A DNA stretch of 29,668 bases from Gammaproteobacteria bacterium (GTDB taxonomy: Bacteria > Pseudomonadota > Gammaproteobacteria > Immundisolibacterales > Immundisolibacteraceae). The stretch covers positions 1-29,668 of the forward strand of contig JAYNPV010000001.1 of NCBI GenBank assembly GCA_038113925.1. The letters are read 5' to 3'. Made by a program: the position numbers and the translations under genes. Under the pieces are notes generated by a model, which saw only the letters and a list, made by a program, of their open reading frames with translations, searched no databases and was not told the DNA's origin. Shown in pieces: positions 20,764 to 28,292 of the stretch (positions are counted from its first letter, which is position 1; each line of letters opens with the position of its first letter).

Positions 20764-21669
20764 ATGATCGCGGGTGGAGATCGTCCCGCTGACACCGATC
20801 AGGGCGACCGGCAACCCTGGGAAATACATCTAACCGTTGATGCGGCCGCGGATGCGGCCACTCTACTGGCAAGCGCGAGCGGGCTGACAAAAACACGGGT
20901 CAAGCAGGTGATGCAGCGGGGCGCGGTCTGGTGGCAGCAGGGTGACCAGGTGCGTCGGCTGAGGCGTGCCAAACGCCAGGTAGCCGCCGGTGAGCAGCTC
21001 CATCTTTATTACGATGCCCGGGTGCTGGCGATGGAGCCACAGGCAGCGATACTGATCGCCGATGAGGGCAGCTACAGCGTCTGGAACAAGCCAGCCGGGA
21101 TGCTCTCGCAGGGCTCCAAATGGGGGGATTACGCTACCCTGACCCGCTACGCGGAGCAGCATTTGACCCCTGAGCGCAACGCCTTTCTGGTGCATCGGCT
21201 CGATCGCGACGCCCGCGGGTTAATGGTCGTCGCTCATACCAAAAGCAGTGCCCGTGAACTGAGCCGCCAGTTTCAACATCGAGAGGTGACCAAAATTTAC
21301 CGCGCCCAGGTAAGCGGTCGAGTACCCGAAAATTCTCAATCGATCGAGCTGACCGAGCCGCTGGATGGCAAACCGGCCCAGAGTCAGGTCACCTTGCTTG
21401 GTTATGACCAAACCCTGGATTGTTCCTGGGTAAGCGTCAACATTCTTACCGGCAGAAAACACCAGGTGCGCCGCCACCTGGCAGGGGCCGGTTGGCCGAT
21501 TATGGGGGACCGCCGTTACGGCGAGAGCCGGCCAGAACAAACGGCCGGGGTCGACAGCGAACCGCCGGGGTTGCAACTGGTGGCCGCCGAGCTAACCCTC
21601 ACCGATCCGCAGAGCGCAGAACTGCGTCATTATCAATTACCTGCCGATCGGGTTTTTCACACTAAATGA
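20764..21669 (+). CDS. RluA-family RNA pseudouridine synthase
   Basis: VWNKPAGMLSQ, catalytic HRLDRDARG, KIYRA, TGRKHQVRRHL and PIMGDRRYG. Confidence 0.92.
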   Translation: MIAGGDRPADTDQGDRQPWEIHLTVDAAADAATLLASASGLTKTRVKQVMQRGAVWWQQGDQVRRLRRAKRQVAAGEQLHLYYDARVLAMEPQAAILIADEGSYSVWNKPAGMLSQGSKWGDYATLTRYAEQHLTPERNAFLVHRLDRDARGLMVVAHTKSSARELSRQFQHREVTKIYRAQVSGRVPENSQSIELTEPLDGKPAQSQVTLLGYDQTLDCSWVSVNILTGRKHQVRRHLAGAGWPIMGDRRYGESRPEQTAGVDSEPPGLQLVAAELTLTDPQSAELRHYQLPADRVFHTK

Positions 21670-21676
21670 AGCGGAC

Positions 21677-21706
21677 AAAAAAAAGCGCTACTTTTGGTAG
21701 CGCTTT
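21677..21706 (-). terminator. Intrinsic terminator acting on the minus strand
   Basis: Perfect 10-bp stem (21682-21691 / 21697-21706) with a 5-nt loop. The A8 run at 21677-21684 reads as a U8 tail only on the minus strand. Confidence 0.75.
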
Positions 21707-21821
21707 GGAGAAGAGCGTTGTGCTCTTAGGGGGGAGGATTTCGGGACCCATACAAACTCCGCTTTTGGCATCGGTTGTAGGGTTAACAAGCACTCATAAA
21801 TTTGGTGATTGCTTAAAGTTG
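21677..21821 (-). ncRNA. Candidate sigma54-dependent small regulatory RNA (about 145 nt)
   Basis: Bounded by a -24/-12 promoter and a minus-strand terminator, with no substantial ORF between them. Contains internal hairpins (21788-21814, 21711-21727) and an unpaired anti-SD tract AAUCCUCCCCCCU. Confidence 0.5.
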
Positions 21822-21831
21822 TTTAGATAAA

Positions 21832-21848
21832 AGCCAGTTTCGTGCCAA
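21832..21848 (-). promoter_or_regulatory. Sigma54 (-24/-12) promoter
   Basis: Minus strand reads TTGGCACGAAACTGGCT: GG-N10-GC spacing is correct and TGGCAC is perfect, with one deviation from TTGC(A/T). The upstream region is AT-rich. Confidence 0.6.
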
Positions 21849-22085
21849 CTTTTTAATCAAAGCCCAACTCGGTAGAGTTAGTTGCTTTAACGACCTTGTT
21901 TACAGGCTCTTTAGGGCTAAATTGAAAATAAATCGCCGGGAGCAGCCTGGGATATTCCGGGGGGTATCGGCAGGCCGTCGTCGTTTTTACGGCGCAGTGC
22001 CAAGCGCTCTGTCAACGTTTTGGCGTGGAGTCAGCTGAGCCGGTTGTTGGGAAACCGATTGATTATCCTTTGTTCGATGACACTT

Positions 22086-22206
22086 TCCCTTCGGCTCCGC
22101 TCCCTTCGGCTCCGCTCCCTTCGGCTCCGCTCCCTTCGGCTCCGCTCAGGGTGCGCCGAGGGTAGACACCGACCGTACTCGTTCCCTGAGCGGAGCCGAA
22201 GGGAGC
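22086..22206. repeat. REP-like element A: four tandem 15-mers plus an inverted-repeat doublet
   Basis: TCCCTTCGGCTCCGC x4 (22086-22145). Perfect 23-bp inverted repeat at 22129-22151 / 22184-22206 around a 32-nt spacer. Confidence 0.92.
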
Positions 22207-22333
22207 GATTCGGGAAATTGAGACCCAATCAAATGCGTCGATATATTCGATGTTTTTCGACATATTGTGTTGATCTGTTGATCGCTTCGACATAACCTTG
22301 GGATATGACCAAAAAATAGCCAATAATCAACAT

Positions 22334-23455
22334 ATGTCTTTTCAACCGGAACAGCCCTTCAACGATCTGCCGGATCTGCCCCCCGCGGCAGAACTGGAAA
22401 CCATGGCTGTTTTAAAGCGTTGTATTCGCGCACGAGCCGCCCTGGGCGAACTGAAACAGGCAGGCGCACTGATCCCCAATCCCTCGGTGCTGATCAATAC
22501 CCTGCCACTGCTTGAGGCGCGCGACAGTACCGAAATCGAGAATATCGTCACCACCTCCGATCGCTTGTTCCGTTTTGCTGCCAGCGAACAGCGCGGTGAT
22601 CCGGCCACCAGAGAGGCGCTGCGCTACCGCAAGGCACTGGTCGAGGGCTTTGCCAGCCTGGAAAGTCGTCCGCTTTGCACCGCAACGGCAGTGCGCATCT
22701 GCCAGATCATCAAGGATGCGCCGCTGGATGTGCGCAAAGTACCCGGTACCAGGTTGGCCAATGCCACCAGTGGCGAGGTGATCTATACCCCGCCGGAAGG
22801 GGAGGCTCTGTTGCGCGACAAGTTGGCCAACTGGGAACGGTTTATTCATCAACAGGATGCGCTGGATCCTCTGGTGCGTCTTGCGGTCGCGCACTACCAG
22901 TTTGAGGCGATTCACCCCTTTACCGATGGTAACGGCCGTACCGGACGGGTGCTGAACTCCTTGTTCCTGATTGACACCGGTCTGCTCACCTTGCCCATCC
23001 TCTACCTGAGCCGCTACATGCTGCGGCATCGCGCTGATTACTATCGGCTATTGCTTGGCGTTACCCGCGAACAGGCGTGGGAAGCCTGGCTGCTGTTCAT
23101 GCTCGAAGGCATCGAAGAAACCGCCTTGTGGACCTTGAACAAGATCACGGCGGTACGTGAGCTGATGACGCACACCATTGAATATGTGCAAAGTGCACTA
23201 CCGATGATCTACAGTCGCGAATTGCTGGATTTGATTTTTGAACAACCCTATTGCCGAATCGCCAACCTGGTGAGCGCAGGTATCGCCCAACGCCAGACGG
23301 CCTCCGAGTACCTGAAGAAACTGGAATCCATTGGGGTGTTGCGCCAGGAACAGGTGGGGCGGGAAAAGCTGTTTATCCATTCACACCTGATGCACCTACT
23401 CACTGAAGAGAGCAATACCTTTACGCCTTACCCGCGGACACGGGAGGAATCGTAA
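22334..23455 (+). CDS. Fic-domain protein, class II (N-terminal inhibitory helix), with a C-terminal HTH-like region (SoFic-like architecture)
   Basis: Canonical HPFTDGNGRTGR motif and inhibitory (S/T)xxxE(G/N) motif STEIEN. C-terminal RQTASEYLKKLESIGVL. ATG at 22334 preferred over 22298. Confidence 0.92.
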   Translation: MSFQPEQPFNDLPDLPPAAELETMAVLKRCIRARAALGELKQAGALIPNPSVLINTLPLLEARDSTEIENIVTTSDRLFRFAASEQRGDPATREALRYRKALVEGFASLESRPLCTATAVRICQIIKDAPLDVRKVPGTRLANATSGEVIYTPPEGEALLRDKLANWERFIHQQDALDPLVRLAVAHYQFEAIHPFTDGNGRTGRVLNSLFLIDTGLLTLPILYLSRYMLRHRADYYRLLLGVTREQAWEAWLLFMLEGIEETALWTLNKITAVRELMTHTIEYVQSALPMIYSRELLDLIFEQPYCRIANLVSAGIAQRQTASEYLKKLESIGVLRQEQVGREKLFIHSHLMHLLTEESNTFTPYPRTREES

Positions 23456-23481
23456 GCAATGTTGCTTTAATGCCAACTTCC

Positions 23482-23572
23482 TTCCCTTCGACTTCGCTCC
23501 CTTCGGCTCCGCTCAGGGTGCGCCGAGGGTAGGCACCGACCGTACTCGTTCCCTGAGCGAAGTCGAAGGGAA
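23482..23572. repeat. REP-like element B
   Basis: 23498-23571 matches 22131-22204 at 71 of 74 positions. Preceded by a 15-nt variant copy (23483-23497); right arm at 23551-23572. Confidence 0.92.
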
Positions 23573-23593
23573 CTAAAGCGAAAGGAGTTGATA

Positions 23594-24028
23594 ATGCCGT
23601 TCATGTACATCCTAAAATGCTCTGATGGCAGCTATTACACCGGCAGCACCTGGAACCTGGAAAAACGCTTTGCCGAACATCAGGCGGGTCTTGGTGCCAA
23701 CCACACCCGCAAACAGCTACCACTAGAGCTCGTATATTTTGAGGAATGCGAACGGGTAGAGGATGCCTATTTCCGTGAGAAGCAAATTCAGGGCTGGAGC
23801 AGAAAGAAAAAGGAAGCGCTGATGGCAGGGGAAACCAACGCCTTGCATCAATTGGCAGCATGTCGAAATGAGACCCATCATTCTGGCTTCGGCTCCGCTG
23901 GCTTCGGCTCCGCTCAGCCAACGTATTTCGACTCCGCTCCCTTCGACTCCGCTCAGGGTGCGCCAGCGGATAGCGAAAACCGTTCCCTGAGCGAAGCCGA
24001 AGGGAACGATCCGGCAGCAAAGAAATGA
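23594..24028 (+). CDS. Stand-alone GIY-YIG nuclease family protein with a repeat-encoded C-terminal tail
   Basis: MYILKCSDGSYYTGST..LEKRFAEH...YFEE...AYFREKQIQGWSRKKKEAL, including the conserved Tyr/Gly, Arg and Glu. RBS AAGGAG at 23582-23587. Confidence 0.9.
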   Translation: MPFMYILKCSDGSYYTGSTWNLEKRFAEHQAGLGANHTRKQLPLELVYFEECERVEDAYFREKQIQGWSRKKKEALMAGETNALHQLAACRNETHHSGFGSAGFGSAQPTYFDSAPFDSAQGAPADSENRSLSEAEGNDPAAKK

Positions 24029-24085
24029 GCCATAGCCCATCGGCTGAGCATATCAGTACCCCGTAGGCTGAGCGGAGTCGAAGCC
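23885..24085. repeat. REP-like cluster C: nested inner and outer doublets overlapping two gene 3' ends
   Basis: Outer arms 23900-23923 / 24062-24085 (22/24 complementary; the right arm starts cGTAG). Inner arms 23939-23958 / 23985-24004. Each left arm is preceded by a 15-nt partial copy. Confidence 0.9.
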
Positions 24086-24832
24086 CGCCGGTTTGATCGC
24101 CCGGATATGACGCAGCTGCCAGGGTAGGTTGATGCCACCCTGGTCATCGGTCTCGATGCAAAGATAGGCAGCGAGCTGATCAAAAAACTCCCGCTGCGCC
24201 AGCGGTTGCAGGCCAAACTGGTCGCTGCAGAAGCTCACCAATGCCTGCTCGCTGGCAAAGTGCCACGGGTAGTGCCGCTCCTGAACGCTGTCGATGACAA
24301 AGCCTGCCTGTTGCAGCTGCTGCGTGGCGAGGTCGTCAAGATAATAGCCGTGGTGGCCCTGCGGGTTATGGGTGTCGACAAAGCCGTCCAGAAAAGCCGC
24401 TACCGGTGAGTTGGCGGCGACTTCAGCCAGTAGCAGGGTTCCGCCGGGTAGCAGGCAGCGCCAGGCTTCGCTAAAAAAATGGCGTTTATCTTCTACGTGA
24501 TGAACGCCGGCGACCGAGATAATCTGGTGAGCACACTGGTCAATCACCGGCCAGTTATCGCCATCGGCACGGGCATGGGGGCATATTTTTTCCCCGCTGC
24601 TAAAGCCAGCGGCGCACTCCAGCCGGGCCACCCGGCAGTCTGGGGGTAAAAACCGGCTCAGCATGCCGCCGCCGGCGGGTACATCCAGAATCAGCTGGCC
24701 GGCCTCGGGCCGGGCCGATGCGACTGCGGCTGCAAACTCTTCTGCCCGGGCATCCGGATAATTGTTCAGTGCGCGCAGATAACGGGCACCCCGCTCAGCA
24801 AAAATATCCTGATAACGGCCGACAGAAGCCAC
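24053..24832 (-). CDS. Class I SAM-dependent methyltransferase
   Basis: Motif I ILDVPAGGG, SVAGVHHV, and a motif III-like EAWRCLLPGGTLLLAE. Starts 4 nt after the argH stop. Confidence 0.8.
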   Translation of the reverse strand: MASVGRYQDIFAERGARYLRALNNYPDARAEEFAAAVASARPEAGQLILDVPAGGGMLSRFLPPDCRVARLECAAGFSSGEKICPHARADGDNWPVIDQCAHQIISVAGVHHVEDKRHFFSEAWRCLLPGGTLLLAEVAANSPVAAFLDGFVDTHNPQGHHGYYLDDLATQQLQQAGFVIDSVQERHYPWHFASEQALVSFCSDQFGLQPLAQREFFDQLAAYLCIETDDQGGINLPWQLRHIRAIKPAGFDSAQPTGY

Positions 24833-24836
24833 GAGT

Positions 24837-26231
24837 TTATGAGCTGGGGGTTAAGGTTTGCCGATAGCGGGCCACGGCCTGGCGCACCTGCGCCGGTGCG
24901 GTGCCGCCGATATGGTCGCGCGCGCCCACCGAACCTTCGAGGGTTAGTACCTCGTAAACCGATTCGTCGATATCGGCGCTGATAGCCTGCAGGGCAGGGA
25001 GTTTCAACTCCGCCAGATCAACGCCCTCGTCGATGGCCAGGCGAACTGCCTTGCCGACCACTTCATGGGCATCTCGAAAGGGCACGCCCCGGCGTACCAG
25101 GTAATCGGCCAGGTCAGTGGCGGTGGTAAATCCGGCCCGGGTGGCGGCGAGCATCCGGTCGGCGTTAACGGTCATTTCACCGAGCATGCCGGTATAGACA
25201 AACAGGCAAGCGCGTACCGTATCGACACTATCGAAAAGCGGCTCTTTGTCTTCCTGATTGTCCTTGTTGTATGCCAGGGGCTGCGCTTTCATCAGCGTGA
25301 TTAGATTAATCAGGTTACCGATCACCCTGCCGCTCTTGCCGCGCACTAGCTCGGGCACGTCCGGGTTTTTCTTCTGCGGCATGATCGATGAGCCGGTGCA
25401 GTAACTATCGCTCAGGTTGACGAAATCAAACTGCTGCGAAGACCAGAGCACCAGCTCTTCAGACATGCGCGACAGGTGCACCATCAGCAGCGCCGCAGCG
25501 GCGTTAAATTCGATGACAAAATCGCGATCGCTCACCGCATCCAGGGAGTTGGCGGCGACCCGGTCAAACCCCAGCTGCTCGGCGACGAATTCGCGGTCAA
25601 TCGGGAAAGTGGTGCCCGCCAGCGCCGCCGCCCCCAGGGGTAATACGTTGACCCGCTTGCGACAATCACTAAACCGCTCCCGGTCCCGCAGCAGCATCTC
25701 CAGCCAGGCGAGCATATGGTGACCAAAGGTGATCGGCTGCGCGGCCTGCAAATGGGTAAACCCGGGCATGATGGTATCGGCCTCGCGTTCAGCAATGTCC
25801 AATAATACCTGCGCCAGTTTCTCCAGGTCGTGGTCGATACCGTCGAGCTGGTCGCGCAAAAACAGCCGCACATCGGTGGCCACCTGGTCATTGCGAGAGC
25901 GTCCGGTGTGGAGCTTCTTACCCACCAGGCCGATGCGGTCGGTGAGCCGCGCTTCGATGTTCATGTGCACGTCTTCAAGCTCTACCGACCAGCCGAAATC
26001 GTCGCGCTCAATATCGTCGCCAATGGCTTCCAGGCCGGCGACAATCTTGTTCATCTCCGCATCACTGAGCACGCCGACCCTGGCCAGCATCCGCGCATGG
26101 GCGATGGAGCCGGTAATGTCGTAGCGAGCCAGTCGCTTGTCGAACCGGATGGACGCGGTAAACTCCTCAACAAAGGCATCGGTGGCGGCCGTAAAACGGC
26201 CACCCCAGGGTTTTTGTATCTGCTCGTTCAT
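24837..26231 (-). CDS. argH: Argininosuccinate lyase
   Basis: [51 protein letters not shown] and [10 protein letters not shown]. Start at MNEQIQK (26231). Confidence 0.97.
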   Translation of the reverse strand: MNEQIQKPWGGRFTAATDAFVEEFTASIRFDKRLARYDITGSIAHARMLARVGVLSDAEMNKIVAGLEAIGDDIERDDFGWSVELEDVHMNIEARLTDRIGLVGKKLHTGRSRNDQVATDVRLFLRDQLDGIDHDLEKLAQVLLDIAEREADTIMPGFTHLQAAQPITFGHHMLAWLEMLLRDRERFSDCRKRVNVLPLGAAALAGTTFPIDREFVAEQLGFDRVAANSLDAVSDRDFVIEFNAAAALLMVHLSRMSEELVLWSSQQFDFVNLSDSYCTGSSIMPQKKNPDVPELVRGKSGRVIGNLINLITLMKAQPLAYNKDNQEDKEPLFDSVDTVRACLFVYTGMLGEMTVNADRMLAATRAGFTTATDLADYLVRRGVPFRDAHEVVGKAVRLAIDEGVDLAELKLPALQAISADIDESVYEVLTLEGSVGARDHIGGTAPAQVRQAVARYRQTLTPSS

Positions 26232-26281
26232 AATCGCGATCCAACCGTAAACAGGGGCGCGAATTATACAGGACGCTCCCA

Positions 26282-27331
26282 TTGGTCGATTCCGATAACT
26301 CCGCGGCACTTGATATCTTCGTTCCGGACTTTTGCCAGCCCCGGGCGGTGGCGGTGATGGTTATCGGCGCTGAGTTATTGGCGTTTACCCTGGTGCTGGC
26401 CAATGCCAGCAGCTGGGCGGAAGGCCTGGATCAGCTCGCGTCCACTTCGCTCTACGTGCAGTGGGCAGCGCTTCTCAGTGGTGGATTGCTCTGTTTGTCT
26501 CGCCGGGGACTGGTCCGCCTGACTAACCGTCAGGCCGCAGCAGCAGCGTTTGCGATTCCGTTACTGGCAAATTTGTTGGTGACGCTGGCCGCCGATCTAC
26601 TTGCCCGTCAGGGGTTGATGTCGATTCTCGGCAGCGGCCAGCCGCCACTGGCGGCAGCTTTGCTGCGTAATCTTCTCATCACTGCCATGGTGGGCGGGGT
26701 GGTGCTGCGCTATCTCTACATCCGCCACGAGGCGGAAAAAAGCCTGGCCGCTCAGCATCAGGCCAACCTGGGGGCGCTGCAGGCGCGGATTCGCCCCCAT
26801 TTTTTGTTTAATAGTTTGAACACCATTATCAGTCTGGTGCGTGAGCAGCCCGATGTAGCCGAAGAGGCGCTGCAGGATATGGCAGAGCTGTTTCGGCATA
26901 ACCTGCGCCAGAGTGAACAACTGACCCGGTTGGGTGATGATATTTCGCTCTGCAGGCAGTATCTGGCGCTGGAAAAACTTCGCCTCGGCGAGCGCTTAAA
27001 CATCCTCTGGCAACTCGATGACCTGGATCCGACCATCAATCTACCGCCCCTGGTGCTGCAGCCCCTGCTGGAGAATGCGGTGTATCACGGCATCGAGCCG
27101 CTCACCGGCAGCGGCACCATTACCATCGAGGGGCGAAGCGTGGAAGCGGGTTATCAGATACTGGTGAGTAATCCCCTGCCCCCGGCCGGCCGGGGAGGGC
27201 AGAGCGGCGGCCACCGCATTGCCGTGGATAATGTTCGCCAGCGGCTGGCGGCGCACTTTGGTGATCGCGCGGCGCTACAAATCGATGTTTCAACGGATCA
27301 GTACTGTGTCACCCTCACCCTCCCTGCCTGA
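26282..27331 (+). CDS. algZ: LytS-family sensor histidine kinase (AlgZ/FimS-like)
   Basis: FVPDFCQP N-terminus, transmembrane segments, [17 protein letters not shown] and [11 protein letters not shown]. Divergent from argH, as is typical for algZ. Confidence 0.8.
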   Translation: MVDSDNSAALDIFVPDFCQPRAVAVMVIGAELLAFTLVLANASSWAEGLDQLASTSLYVQWAALLSGGLLCLSRRGLVRLTNRQAAAAAFAIPLLANLLVTLAADLLARQGLMSILGSGQPPLAAALLRNLLITAMVGGVVLRYLYIRHEAEKSLAAQHQANLGALQARIRPHFLFNSLNTIISLVREQPDVAEEALQDMAELFRHNLRQSEQLTRLGDDISLCRQYLALEKLRLGERLNILWQLDDLDPTINLPPLVLQPLLENAVYHGIEPLTGSGTITIEGRSVEAGYQILVSNPLPPAGRGGQSGGHRIAVDNVRQRLAAHFGDRAALQIDVSTDQYCVTLTLPA

Positions 27332-27335
27332 CCCG

Positions 27336-28061
27336 CTGAGGCTGCTGATTGTCGACGATGAGGCCCCGGCTCGACGCCGGCTTCGTCAGCTGTTGGCCGA
27401 GGATGATCGGTATCTGTGCGTGGGGGAGGCCGCCGATGGGGTTGAGGCCCTGGCCAGGGTAGATGAACTGCAGCCGGATGTGCTGCTGCTGGATATTCGT
27501 ATGCCTGGTATGGATGGTCTGGAGGTCGCCCGTCACCTGCAACAGCTGGACCCGCCCCCGGCGGTGATTTTTACCACGGCCTATGATGAGTTCGCCCTGC
27601 AGGCATTCGATGCCAACGCTGTTCACTACCTGGTTAAACCTATCCGTCAACAGCGGCTATTGGAAGCGCTACAGCGGGTCGCGCTGGTCGATCATGACAG
27701 CGGGCTACCCGCCAATCTCATCGAGGAGCAGCCACGGACCCATTTTAGTATTGTTCAGCAGGATGACCGTTACCTGGTGGAGGTGGGCAGGGTGCTCTAC
27801 ATGCAGGCGGAGCAGAAGTACGTCACCCTTCACGGCGCGGATCAGGAGTGGCTGATTGACGAATCGCTGGTGAAACTGGAGCAGGAGTTTGCCGGGGAGT
27901 TGATCAGGGTGCATAGAAATGCCCTGGCCTGGCGGCGGGCGGTGTCGGGGGTGGGCAAGGAGGGAGAGGGATTCAGCCTGCTATTTCACCAGACCGATAA
28001 ACGATTGCCGATCAGTCGACGCCGGGTTGCCCAGGTGCGCAAAGAGCTGGGGTTGAGGTAA
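27336..28061 (+). CDS. algR: LytTR-family response regulator (AlgR-like); start codon uncertain
   Basis: LLIVDDEAPAR, LLDIRMPGMDG, IFTTAY, YLVKP, AEQKYVTL, IRVHRNAL and ISRRR. The aligned start position carries CTG (27336); the nearest in-frame ATG is at 27285. Confidence 0.85.
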   Translation: MRLLIVDDEAPARRRLRQLLAEDDRYLCVGEAADGVEALARVDELQPDVLLLDIRMPGMDGLEVARHLQQLDPPPAVIFTTAYDEFALQAFDANAVHYLVKPIRQQRLLEALQRVALVDHDSGLPANLIEEQPRTHFSIVQQDDRYLVEVGRVLYMQAEQKYVTLHGADQEWLIDESLVKLEQEFAGELIRVHRNALAWRRAVSGVGKEGEGFSLLFHQTDKRLPISRRRVAQVRKELGLR

Positions 28062-28292
28062 TTCTCAGGCCAGGACCGGTTAAGTCCTCTGCGGGGCTGA
28101 CGTTAACACTACAATGCGGTTTTTATTTGCACGTTAAGCCATAAACTGTGACCTTTTTGCCCCGGTTTGGGTGAAAATATGGCCACGCAGTGTGGAAACC
28201 GCGACTTAGACTCCATGCTGGTCAACCTCGATAATCGCGGACCGTTAAAGTCGCGCAGCGTGGCGCTTCCGTCCAATTCCACTGGAAGATTC

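Noticed and set aside
21860-22050. NtrC, NifA or IHF sites upstream of the sigma54 promoter
   Set aside because: No convincing match to TGCAC-N7-GTGCA, TGT-N10-ACA or WATCAA-N4-TTR was found by eye.
22086-22206. CRISPR array
   Set aside because: The 15-bp units are directly tandem with no unique spacers, and no cas genes are present.
22020-22323. Short ORFs 22020-22295 (+), 22031-22228 (-) and 22063-22323 (-)
   Set aside because: Their low-complexity peptides (SLRLR, ERSRR, SGAEG) are just translations of the 15-bp repeat.
22230-22340. Operator repeats upstream of Fic (TTCGACATA twice, near-palindrome TCGATATATTCGA)
   Set aside because: They are short and could be chance matches or degraded repeat fragments. 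They cannot be supported without comparative data.
23456-23580. Integron attC site flanking the Fic gene
   Set aside because: No properly placed RYYYAAC / GTTRRRY core pair and no integrase. The palindromes fit REP-like doublets better.
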